Positions 9,430-18,958 of a stretch of 64,000 nt of DNA are shown one piece after another. A program made the position numbers and the translations under genes. The notes below the pieces were generated by a model, which saw nothing but the letters and a program-made list of their open reading frames with translations, searched no databases and was not told the DNA's origin. Positions within the stretch are counted from its first letter, which is position 1; each line of letters opens with the position of its first letter. Origin of the DNA: an uncultured Nitrososphaeraceae archaeon (GTDB lineage: Archaea; Thermoproteota; Nitrososphaeria; Nitrososphaerales; Nitrososphaeraceae). The stretch is from positions 416,001 to 480,000 of the forward strand of contig CAVZZA010000003.1 of NCBI GenBank assembly GCA_963779615.1. Reading direction: 5' to 3'.

Positions 9430-10670
9430 TCCACACATGCTATGATAATAATGTGTTTAAAGACATAGAAGTAGCAAAAATCAAGGAGCCGACTATTGCT
9501 ACTACCACAACATTACTAGTTTTCCAGCAAAACAAAGCTATAAACTTTTAGAAAAAAAGTTCCATGCCATTTTTGCCGCATATCCCACCCGGTCCATACC
9601 TATAACGGTTCTTTTAAGTGGGTTCTACGACTAGCAGGTGTTAAAAAAGGCGGTAAGACAAAACAACAAGCACTAGGCCTTTGGTCGCTGTATTTATTCC
9701 GCTAAAGTCGACGATAACCATGGAAAAGCTTGAAAAGGCCGTTATGACGACTCCGGTATTTAGAGAAAATGAAAAAAATGGGTTTTCTGTTTTTCTTCCC
9801 TATGTGTTCGTCATCCCTGTCCGGGGAATGCCATGATTATGGTGTTTGTAATACTACATGTTTGAGCTTCGCCTGCTGATATGGTACCATTGAATAAAAC
9901 TCCATCAGTTAGTCCCTCAGGGTTAGAAGTAAAGTCTACAAAGCCACAACCCCCGCTAAAATCTACTCCAATGCCAGTAACAAACTGAGGTATAGATTCT
10001 CTAAAGGTATAAGTTCCCGGAGCCACTGTGACGGCGGTGCATCCCTCATTGTCCCCCTGGAAGGTGCTGGGGTTTGCAGGGGTAATGAAATTAAACGTAA
10101 AGTCGGAAGGCAGAAAAGTTAGTCCTGGTACCTGATTAACTACCGTTTTGCAAATGTTCAACGTTCCTGTAGTTGGTGTTGGCGGCTGGTTCGGTGTTGG
10201 TGTTGGGGGTCAGAGCCTGCTGCTGGATGTTCTTGCTTTGGTCGTTGAATCCCTTTGCCTCGTTGTCCTTGCCCACTATTTGCTGTCCCTGGTTTACTTG
10301 CTCACAGTCGTCGCTCCTGTAGCAGAAGTTGTCCTGGTCCTGGTGTTGGCTTGCGGTCTTTTTGTCTGATTCTGAGCTTGCTGTTATTGAGGATTTAAAG
10401 TCCTTGGTTTTTTTGTGGTCGTCATTGTCCCTGTCTGCATATGACTGCATTGGGATAACGCTTGTTCCCATAACCAGTGTTGTTGCGATTATGGCCATAA
10501 ATAACAAATTTCTTGTGTTTTTCATAATTGGAACTCATAACCACATTATAGTATATCTAAAATAGGACTTGGAATTTCCTATGTTAATTTTAAGTTTATT
10601 AAACTGAAAAAATAAGCATAACATCAACACCAAATATGGGAAGAGGAATGTTTAGCATGGTTTAGTATAA
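9430..10670. repeat. Diverged ~1.2-kb duplicated cassette, copy 1 (copy 2 at ~20870-22160)
   Basis: Homology covers the secreted gene, ~150 nt upstream and ~380 nt downstream (atgtgttta.aga...agaag.ag; catttttgccgcata.cccacc; tatgacga). Confidence 0.85.
9811..10525 (-). CDS. Secreted protein: signal peptide, Q/N-Cys module, Pro/Thr linker, prealbumin/CnaB-like domain (237 aa if one extra G in G5 at 10205-10209 is removed)
   Basis: ORFs 10136..10525 and 9811..10161 join as ...QQALTPTPTPNQPPTPTTGTLNICKTV...; 715 nt minus 1 = 238 codons. Confidence 0.8.
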
Positions 10671-10949
10671 TAATTTAAGCAAAACCCTCAACAGTGACAA
10701 AATATTGACAAAAATAGTTTTTTTTTCAAAAGAAGCAACAATGCTGCTATAGAAGATACATCTGAATGAAATTGACTAACTGAATCCCATACATGAGTAG
10801 GAAAACATTTTTTCTTTTTCTCCACGAAAGGTGCAGGAAATCGCCCCATTATAACTCCTTATTTCAGCATCCAAGGCATTACTACATGTGTTGTTTTTTA
10901 TGTGGTTTTGATGGAGGACAACATATTCTTTAATATGTACACAAAGCAA

Positions 10950-11180
10950 TTATTTGCTGAATATTATCGTGATTATGGATGTTCCAATAAAGGTTGCGGT
11001 CCATTATATCCACAGATTTCACACCATTCCCCCTGACAACAAGGCAGAGGCCAAGGACTTGACAGGGTTCATTGACGCTCCAGATATAAATGCCAAAAAG
11101 AATATGTCCAACCCAACCATAGCACCAATAACTTTACCGCCAAAACCTCTCAGGCCCTTTGGATATACAACCACCTCAAT
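10950..11180 (-). pseudogene. 3' fragment of an MIP/aquaporin
   Basis: IGAMVGLDIFFLAFISGASMNPVKSLASALLSG..*NLWI*WTATFIG: second NPA box degenerate (NPV), internal stops, 5' part missing. Confidence 0.8.
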
Positions 11181-11182
11181 GT

Positions 11183-11197
11183 CAGCAAACTTTAAAC
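11183..11197 (+). promoter_or_regulatory. BRE-TATA promoter of the CBS-TrkH gene (cagcaaactttaaac); conserved at 47075-47089 in the paralog
   Basis: TTTAAA ~40 nt upstream of the ATG in both paralogs, with shared flanks. Confidence 0.55.
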
Positions 11198-11235
11198 GCG
11201 TCGCATCAATTGATTGATAACATTCTGATAACAAA

Positions 11236-13143
11236 ATGGTGACTGAACCTCTTGAGCGCTCCGTCTTGTCATACTTGCATCACGGGTTCATTGTTTTGGA
11301 TGATGATACCGATGCAGCCAGTGCAGTCAAGCAAATGCATCGTGAAAAGGCCGAAATAATCATTGTCAAGCAACAGAGGGATGGCAAGTCTGTTGGCATT
11401 GTGACTGACAGCGACCTTTTGGACAAGGTCGTGGGAAGGGGAGACGATTCTGACCGGGTGCTGCTGAGGGACATAATGTCATCCCCGGTCATCACGATTT
11501 CGGCAAAAGCAAACGCAAGACAAGCGCTTGAGCTTATGAGGCTAAACGCGATAAAGCGGATTCCAGTCACAGACAACATCAGCATCTTGGGAATCGTATC
11601 ACGGGAGGGGCTGGCCCACGCAATCCAAATATCAGTCTTGGAAAAAACATTCAGGCCCTACAGGGCCATAATAAGGGAGCACTACAAGCCAATTTGGGGC
11701 AACCTTGGATTTATCCTGCAGTTTGCGGGAGTGCTGATTATAGCACCCGGCCTGTTGGCCGCGGCATTGGGGGAGGCCGTCTCAGCCACCGGGATATTCC
11801 TTGGAATCACATTTATGTTTTTGACAGGTTTTGCGCTGAACGTCTATGGTGAGAAAACACCGCTAAACCTAAGGCAGGCATCGGTTCTCATGGTGTCAAG
11901 TTTTGTGCTGCTGAGCTTCTTTGGAAGTATTCCCTACATGTATGTCAACCCGTTCTACAAAGGCATTGACCCACTGTCCCTTTTTGTCAACAGCTTCTTT
12001 GAGAGCGCATCCGGTTTCACCACCACGGGCCTTTCCATGATTGGCCATCCCGAGAACTTGCCAAACAGCTTTGACTTTTACCGCTCCTTTACCCAATGGA
12101 TAGGCGGCCTTAGTTTCGTGTATTTGATAATCACCTTCTTTTATCCGGAGAGAAAACTGGCCCACATGAGGGGCATGATTGGGGGCGGCATCCTGAGGCT
12201 GAAACAGTTGCTTTTGACAATAAGCGTCATCTTTTCGGTTTACACCCTGACTTTGAGCCTGCTGCTGTATCTGTCCGGAAGCACCAACACCATATACAAC
12301 GTTTCGTTGGTGCTCAGCACCGTCACCGGCGGGGGCTTTCTTCCCACCTCCACATCGCTGGCTCCCGAAAACACCGTTCAGCTCCTCACCCTTATGGCAG
12401 GCATGACGATTTCAGCACTCCCCTTTGCGTTTCACTATGCCGTTTTCAGCAGGGAGCTAAAAACAACAAGGATGCGCCCCGAAATCTATGTTTACATTGG
12501 CATGATGTTTGCATCCATCCTTGTGTTTTATTTTTTCATTGCCACAACAGACACGACACCAAGGCTGATGACATCGGCATTCCATGTCGTAAGCGCCATG
12601 ACAACCTCTGGATTTCAGTTTGCGGACATACCATTGCTTCCTGCGGAGGGAAAGGTAATGCTGATAACCCTAATGCTGATTGGGGGGACAGCGTTTTCCA
12701 CAGCGGGCGGAATCAAGGTTGGGAGAATGCTCCAGATAGTCCAGAGGATGACAAGGAGAAAATTCACCGCAGACACCTCAACCAGGTCAATATCGTCCGC
12801 ATCCTCCCGGTACAACAGCTCTTTCAACACCCACGAACCCAAGACAGAAAAACTCAAGGAGGAGAAAACGTTCAACGAGGCATTAATGGTGATAGCCCTG
12901 TTTGTTGCCGTTTCCTTTGTCACGGCTGTTGTGCTGTGGCATATGGAGCAAAAGGACTTTCTGGATTCTCTGTTTGAGTCTGTATCCGCCCTGACAACCA
13001 CGGGTATCACGGCCGGGATAATTTCAATGGACATGGGCCTTGTCTCCAAGGCATTTCTTGTTGTCAACATGATAGCCGGCAGGTTTGAGATTATTGCGAT
13101 AGTGTACCTCTTTCTTGAGATCTCAAGGAGGAAAAAAAAATGA
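11236..13143 (+). CDS. trkH: CBS-domain-fused TrkH potassium uptake transporter, copy 1
   Basis: N-terminal CBS pair; pore motifs FESASGFTTTG, SAMTTSG, GGTAFSTAGGIK, ESVSALTTTG, GRFEI. Confidence 0.92.
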   Translation: MVTEPLERSVLSYLHHGFIVLDDDTDAASAVKQMHREKAEIIIVKQQRDGKSVGIVTDSDLLDKVVGRGDDSDRVLLRDIMSSPVITISAKANARQALELMRLNAIKRIPVTDNISILGIVSREGLAHAIQISVLEKTFRPYRAIIREHYKPIWGNLGFILQFAGVLIIAPGLLAAALGEAVSATGIFLGITFMFLTGFALNVYGEKTPLNLRQASVLMVSSFVLLSFFGSIPYMYVNPFYKGIDPLSLFVNSFFESASGFTTTGLSMIGHPENLPNSFDFYRSFTQWIGGLSFVYLIITFFYPERKLAHMRGMIGGGILRLKQLLLTISVIFSVYTLTLSLLLYLSGSTNTIYNVSLVLSTVTGGGFLPTSTSLAPENTVQLLTLMAGMTISALPFAFHYAVFSRELKTTRMRPEIYVYIGMMFASILVFYFFIATTDTTPRLMTSAFHVVSAMTTSGFQFADIPLLPAEGKVMLITLMLIGGTAFSTAGGIKVGRMLQIVQRMTRRKFTADTSTRSISSASSRYNSSFNTHEPKTEKLKEEKTFNEALMVIALFVAVSFVTAVVLWHMEQKDFLDSLFESVSALTTTGITAGIISMDMGLVSKAFLVVNMIAGRFEIIAIVYLFLEISRRKKK

Positions 13144-13235
13144 CCTTGCAAAAAGAATGTGTGTTGGCTTAAGCATTCAGTCTTGATTTAGGGCAAACCC
13201 GAAACTCATATTTGACATATGGGTTATATAGTGCC

Positions 13236-13589
13236 ATGTCCAAAGCAGATGTTCACCAGAAGCTGGATAGGGCAAACGAGATAACACTCAGCGTTAAAGG
13301 CAGAAAATCGGGTGGAGACATTAGCAGGCCGGTGTGGTTTGTGCATGAGAGTGGCTTTATGTATTTGCTCCCAGTTCAGGGCTCTGACACCAACTGGTAC
13401 AAGAACATGCTGGCCGACCCAACGTTGAAGGTTTCAGTGGATGGCGTTGAAACAGCTGCAATAGGCAAACCAATGACAGACCGCAATGGTGTTGACGAGG
13501 TCGTGAGAAAATTCAGGTCCAAATACGGTGAAGGGGACGTAAAAAAATACTATGCTAAACTTGATGTGGCCGTTGAATTTCCGCTATAA
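13236..13589 (+). CDS. Split-barrel deazaflavin(F420)-dependent nitroreductase-like / DUF2255-like protein
   Basis: ITLSVKGRKSG...RPVWFV...DTNWYKNMLADP motif. Confidence 0.75.
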   Translation: MSKADVHQKLDRANEITLSVKGRKSGGDISRPVWFVHESGFMYLLPVQGSDTNWYKNMLADPTLKVSVDGVETAAIGKPMTDRNGVDEVVRKFRSKYGEGDVKKYYAKLDVAVEFPL

Positions 13590-14140
13590 CATGACTTGCC
13601 AGAGGAGGAGGAGGGTATAAGCCTAGCAGTTGCTTTACCATGCGAGTGGTCAACAATTAACTTTGCATATAGCGTATGTTTGGGAGGAAAATGTCTGTTT
13701 TTTTTAGTACGTTCAGCACCAATCTCCTTTGTCATTTCATAAAGTTCGCAACTTGGGAGGGTATGGGAGTTACTTGACAAAGACGAAGTTTCCCACATGG
13801 CATAATCAAGCATTGGGAACGATGTGGCTATGTTTTCATAGACCACACAAAAATTTAGACTGTTCATTTTTGTATCGCATGCCACCAGGCCCTTAATCAT
13901 ATGGGTTAAATAATTTTTCTCTTCAGCTAACCTTTGAAGTGACAGGAAGGCGGCATTCGGTCAAATGGGACTTGCGGTGAAACTTTAAACCAAAATGATA
14001 AACGTCAAGTCTAAGGTGTATCAATAATGCTCCAGAATGATGTGCAACCGTTATGAGAGTTGGTTAATTTTCTGTAAATTAGTGGAATTAAAAACCGTTT
14101 GATACCGGTCTTTATATAGGATGGTAACTCATACAGAGTA

Positions 14141-14788
14141 ATGTCAAAGAAAATAGAAACAAATGAAAGTTACTCACATAACACCAATAACCAAAATAAC
14201 AATTTTAACAACAATACCAATGACTTCAAAGAGTCAGTCAACAGGTCACTTGACGAGGCAAAGGACAACATCAAAAAATCCATAGACGAGTCAAAGAACC
14301 AGATTCCCCGAATCAACAACATCGTTAACAGCTACCAGGAGCAATCACTCCAAACCGCAAAAGAGGTTTCAGAGGAGTACATCGACTCACAAAAGGAAAT
14401 CATCAGCTCACTCCAATCAGCATGGGCACCATACAGCGAAAGCTTTAATGGTATGGTTACCTGCTTTGCCGCCCCTGACGCAGCAACCAAGGCATACGCA
14501 AGATTTGTCAGCAATGTCGCAGACAACACAGTGTCAGCAATCAGACTCACAAACAACATGATATTCTCAAACCTGGACTCATGGAAAACAGTGATGCAAC
14601 AGGCAAAGGACAACTCAAAGCACCTGTCAAACATGGGCGTAAACACGGCAAAAACATTTGAGCAAAACTCAAGACACCTGACAGCGGCAGCCAAAGACGC
14701 GGCAGCAGCAAACTCTAGCGTCAGTGTGTCCACACCTGCATCATCCACAGACTACAGCAGCACAACAACAACAACAAAAAAGCAATAA
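14141..14788 (+). CDS. Amphipathic helical protein, possibly phasin-like
   Basis: 215-aa ORF with strong codon bias, TATA (tttatata) ~30 nt upstream, hairpin gaacc..gggttc plus T-run downstream; phasin call is inference. Confidence 0.8.
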   Translation: MSKKIETNESYSHNTNNQNNNFNNNTNDFKESVNRSLDEAKDNIKKSIDESKNQIPRINNIVNSYQEQSLQTAKEVSEEYIDSQKEIISSLQSAWAPYSESFNGMVTCFAAPDAATKAYARFVSNVADNTVSAIRLTNNMIFSNLDSWKTVMQQAKDNSKHLSNMGVNTAKTFEQNSRHLTAAAKDAAAANSSVSVSTPASSTDYSSTTTTTKKQ

Positions 14789-14901
14789 CAAAACAATCAG
14801 AACCTCTAAAGGGTTCAGCCAATTTTTTATTCCATTTGCAGTAGTTTAACGGACTGGTGTAAAAGGAAACCCCACTTCTTTAATGAATTCCATAAACAAG
14901 T

Positions 14902-15060
14902 ATGTTTTACCATTGCCTGAAGGACCAAAAGAAAACACCAAAGTCCTATGAGTACAAGTTAAAGTCCGTCATCAAGAAAAAACTATCCAAGCTAATGGAC
15001 ATGGAACTTCCACTGGCATCATCCCTATTCCCCAACCTTAATCTTTACCCTGCCAAAAAC
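14902..15060 (+). pseudogene. Remnant of a small basic hypothetical protein (KSYEYKLKSVIKKKL...LPL.SSLFPNL)
   Basis: Only the first ~50 codons of ORF 14902..15330 look protein-like. Confidence 0.3.
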
Positions 15061-15429
15061 AGTCAAGCAACTCGCCTCCTCAATGTGATAGACGTCTGTT
15101 CAAATCCCGCACTTCACTCTCTTTCTGTTGTTCTCATTTTGTTTTTTGATGAAAAACAAACCAACCACCCTCGGAAAGAAAAAGTTGCTGAAAACCTGGT
15201 GCATAAGTCTCCCTTTTTAAACGAAAAGTTGGCATGGCAAATGTTTACGGCAGTTTCTTGCACCAAATCACAACTGCAATCTTATTTTGTGTTTATTGTC
15301 CTGCAAAAAGTAGAATTACACTTACACTAAACACGGTATAGGAAATGTTTTCGCATTCCCCTAAATCTGACAATACAATGTATAGCCACCCTTGACAAAC
15401 AACAACCCTTGGCAGCATCTTTAAATGTC

Positions 15430-15780
15430 TTGCCTGCCGACTCCTTTCCAAAATCATCGCATCGTATTCGCCTATCTTTTTGTTAGTTCGTCCACATCCA
15501 TTTTAAGGTTGGACCTGAAGAAGTTTAGCCTGCCGCTATCGCTGGCAGTCTCAAGGAGGGTTTGGTCCAGGTTCCAAAGTTCCACTGCTGCCCCTATAAT
15601 CCTGTGAATGTCCTTTTTGGCGTAAGGCCTTCCCATTTTAACTGGTTGTAAAGGTAGTAGAGAAAATAAACGCCATTATTCCCCAACTCCTTGTACATGG
15701 TTGTCAGTCGGTCCAATGACAAAAGCCGCTGGTAGTCCTCATAGATGTAAAACACCTGATCTGCATCTATGCCCAGAGCC
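15430..15780 (-). pseudogene. 3' remnant of a paralog of the 8560..9114 HTH-coiled-coil protein
   Basis: ALGIDADQVFYIYEDYQRLLSLDRLTTMYKELG...LKWEGL/KDIHRII...LETASDSGRLN...DVDELTKKI aligns with ALNIDTDEVLGMYSDYLRLLNL...LKNEGL...ETAADIGRLN...EVEELQKKL. Confidence 0.8.
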
Positions 15781-16535
15781 TTTTCATTTCATCAAAAACT
15801 CTAGAGAAACATATAGGTCTAGTTAATTTTTAGGGACAGCATGTAATCATTTCCAAGAAAACGACTTTATCAAATATTGCCTAGTCAAAATGTTCTACCA
15901 AGGGACAAAATCTGTTGTGTTTCTACAATAGTGATGTTATTTTCATCAAGTCAGCCAGCCCAGAATTAGATGTTAGAATATTTCTTGACGAACATTAATT
16001 GGTTGTTTTCAATTTTATTGGGTTTTTCAGAAATAATAAAATTTTTTATCTGAAATAGAGAAAATGCCGTAATAGTTTTGAGACAACCATACAAAAACCA
16101 ATAGTGATCATAATGATTAAAATTGGATGCTTGAAAATAATGGCGATGTCATGATAAAAAGGGTTTTGCGATTAATCTATTTAAAGACATTAGGCATATT
16201 CGCAAATCTTGTATTGCTTTTAATAAGTAATTTGATGTTGCAAAACAATTTGATAGATTGCAATCCAAAATTGTATCTCATGATTGCAGACGTAATCAAT
16301 TAGGAATTCAGAACAAACCACTTCTGTCCCCACTTGAATGTAATAATCTCAATAGATAAGACAATTTATTACTGAATGAAATTTACAGACGAAAATTCAC
16401 TGATACCGACGTTTTGAATCATCTGCCCTGCTGTTTTAATGTGTTTTATGCCAGATTGACATGAAGAATTTAATGTTGTGAATATTTTACGTTTATTTAT
16501 ATTAGTTTAAATATATTCAAGATTTATTGAATTGT

Positions 16536-17162
16536 ATGAAAATAACTACTAAAGATATCCTATTAATTGCAATATTAGCAACGCTGATTACCATTACACC
16601 TTCAATTATATCCAGTAACACTTACCTGGTACATGGCACAACCGAAACCCCTACAACCCCCCCCTCGACTGCCAGCTCGGGAACGACTGACACTTCAGGA
16701 ATACCCCGTGTGACAGGAGAGTCGATCAAAAAACCATCTGATTTCATCCCTGAACCCATTGAGCGACCATCCTCATTCGTGGACCCTGAACATCTTGGAG
16801 ATGCAATCCTACCCAACTATCCAGGTGATTCTGAAGAACCTGAAGAACTGGATGTAGCCATTACTTCGCCGCAAGACGGTGAAACTGTTGATGCTGGAAC
16901 TTTGACTATTACTGGAACATCCACAGATACCTCAAATACTGATTGTCAGGTTTATGCAAACTGGAATGAGGAGCCCTATCAAACAGTGACTCCACAGAGT
17001 CAAGGTGATTATTCAACATGGACATTTTCATATACTAGCGCATACCATCTCATAACGCCGGGAGACACTAATGAATTAACTGTAGAGTTATCTTGTGGTA
17101 GTAGTGAAGATTTGGATGATTCGGATTCTACATCCGATAGTATAGATGTCATAGGACAGTAA
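16536..17162 (+). CDS. Secreted protein with Pro/Thr/Ser linker and Ig-like domain
   Basis: Signal peptide; VAITSPQDGETV...TITGTSTD...CQVYANWN...DYSTWTF...NELTVELSC. Confidence 0.8.
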   Translation: MKITTKDILLIAILATLITITPSIISSNTYLVHGTTETPTTPPSTASSGTTDTSGIPRVTGESIKKPSDFIPEPIERPSSFVDPEHLGDAILPNYPGDSEEPEELDVAITSPQDGETVDAGTLTITGTSTDTSNTDCQVYANWNEEPYQTVTPQSQGDYSTWTFSYTSAYHLITPGDTNELTVELSCGSSEDLDDSDSTSDSIDVIGQ

Positions 17163-17573
17163 TGTTGGTGGGTAGTAGTTGCAGTAAGTAGCAACTAAAA
17201 CAATGTTTTAATTATTTAACACATATGTGTAAACATGTTGTAATACTATACCATGTTTTAATATAAAAGCAAAAGTTTTTTCAGTTTTTGTATTTGTATA
17301 TAATAATTTATAACAGGATTTAATCTCGTTGAAAATATTTTTTGTCATCTGATGAATATACAGTTTCACAGTTACCCTATCATCACAATGAATTTTATCT
17401 TCCTAAGGACATTCAGACATAGCAGCATTGTATTTCAAATCAACGCATATTTGATTGGATTAGCCAGACTTTCAATAGGAACTCTTGATTTTTTGTGATG
17501 GTTGTTTTAGTAATGGGTGATAATGAGTCCATATTGGAATAATCTTTAAATCAGGACATATCGATACAAATTC

Positions 17574-18044
17574 ATGTCAAATAGTGACAATTCCACAATA
17601 GCCAACACAGAGGAAACATCACCTTCTAGTAGAGATGAGATAATCAAGGGACTGAATGAAGATCTGGCAAGAGAATATAAAGCGATTATTCAGTATGTTG
17701 TCTTTAGCTCAACATTGAAAGGTGCAGAATATGGAAACATTGCAGAACAGCTGCAAAAACATGCATCGGATGAACTGGCACATGCCCTAAAGGTGGCCAA
17801 ACAGATAGATTATTTGGGAGGAGAGCCTACAATGAAGGGTAAAGAGGCTGAATATTCAGATGATTCAAAGACAATGCTTGAGATTGACCTTAGAGCTGAA
17901 CAAGAAACGATCAAAAACTATAGAGAAAGAATCCATCAGGCTGAACGCTCAGGTGAATTTGCGCTATCGGAGATATTGAGAAGCATTATCGTACAAGAGC
18001 AAGATCACGAGATAGATTTAAAAGATGCCCTTGGATTACGGTGA
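17574..18044 (+). CDS. Ferritin-like (bacterioferritin-type) protein
   Basis: LNEDLAREYKAIIQY, DELAHA, LGGEP, EQETIKNY, EQDHE di-iron motifs. Confidence 0.9.
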   Translation: MSNSDNSTIANTEETSPSSRDEIIKGLNEDLAREYKAIIQYVVFSSTLKGAEYGNIAEQLQKHASDELAHALKVAKQIDYLGGEPTMKGKEAEYSDDSKTMLEIDLRAEQETIKNYRERIHQAERSGEFALSEILRSIIVQEQDHEIDLKDALGLR

Positions 18045-18958
18045 TTATATATTCAATTATATATCAACGTATTCATAAAACAAACATAATGTGGGCTCCC
18101 AATGGTGAGTATGATGTTTCTATTGACGATAGCACAATAGCGTTGTACAAATTTATTGTTTATGGTTTGTAGTTATATTTTCTCGGTTTGTCATTTAGAA
18201 ATGCTGCAAAGGTATATGCATATTTTGCAAACAGTAAAGAGATTGCCATGTGAAAATTGTTTATATCGGGTAATTCAAATTATATTTTTTTTTAAATCAT
18301 TTTAGATCCATTCATCTAGTAACCGTTTTAATCAGGCCAAGTTTCCCTGTTCCACAATTTCATTATTGCATGAACAGATAGTTTTCAATTTTTGTATAGA
18401 GTGATGATTACCTTTTTGAAAGTTGTCGCGCAATAGTTGTGATTGTGACGTTATGAATGAGATGTATCCCAAATATTAAAATTTAATCCATGTCAGAATC
18501 AAAATAACAATTGTAATCTATTTCAATATTGTTTTTATATTTGTATATTAAGATTTCGCATGAAATGTATTGATTAGGATAACAGGAACAAAATCCTCTT
18601 CCATTTTTTGTGCGTTTTACCTGCTCATTCAATCCTGCAAGTTCAAACATGACTTTAATCTGTAACAACATATTGTTTTTCATTCCAAAAGCGACATATT
18701 TGGAACAAACTGAATGTTACTTCCACACTAGAACCATTCATTATTTCCAAACTGTAAAAATCACATAATTGAGCAGAGGCATGAGAGAAATAATATTGGG
18801 TTAAATCATGGACGAATTTTTAGATTAATCCAAAGACTATCCAAATTTATGTCAAATCCAATTATCAGTCCTCTTCACTATATAAAAGCATTACATCTAT
18901 TGATATGTTATACAATGTTTATTCAAATCCTTGATATAGGTAACAACATAGGTAATCT

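Noticed and set aside
13550-14000. Minus-strand ORF 13550..13900, faintly like an AbiEi/DUF6577-type protein
   Set aside because: Resemblance too weak to support by eye; overlaps the end of a real gene.
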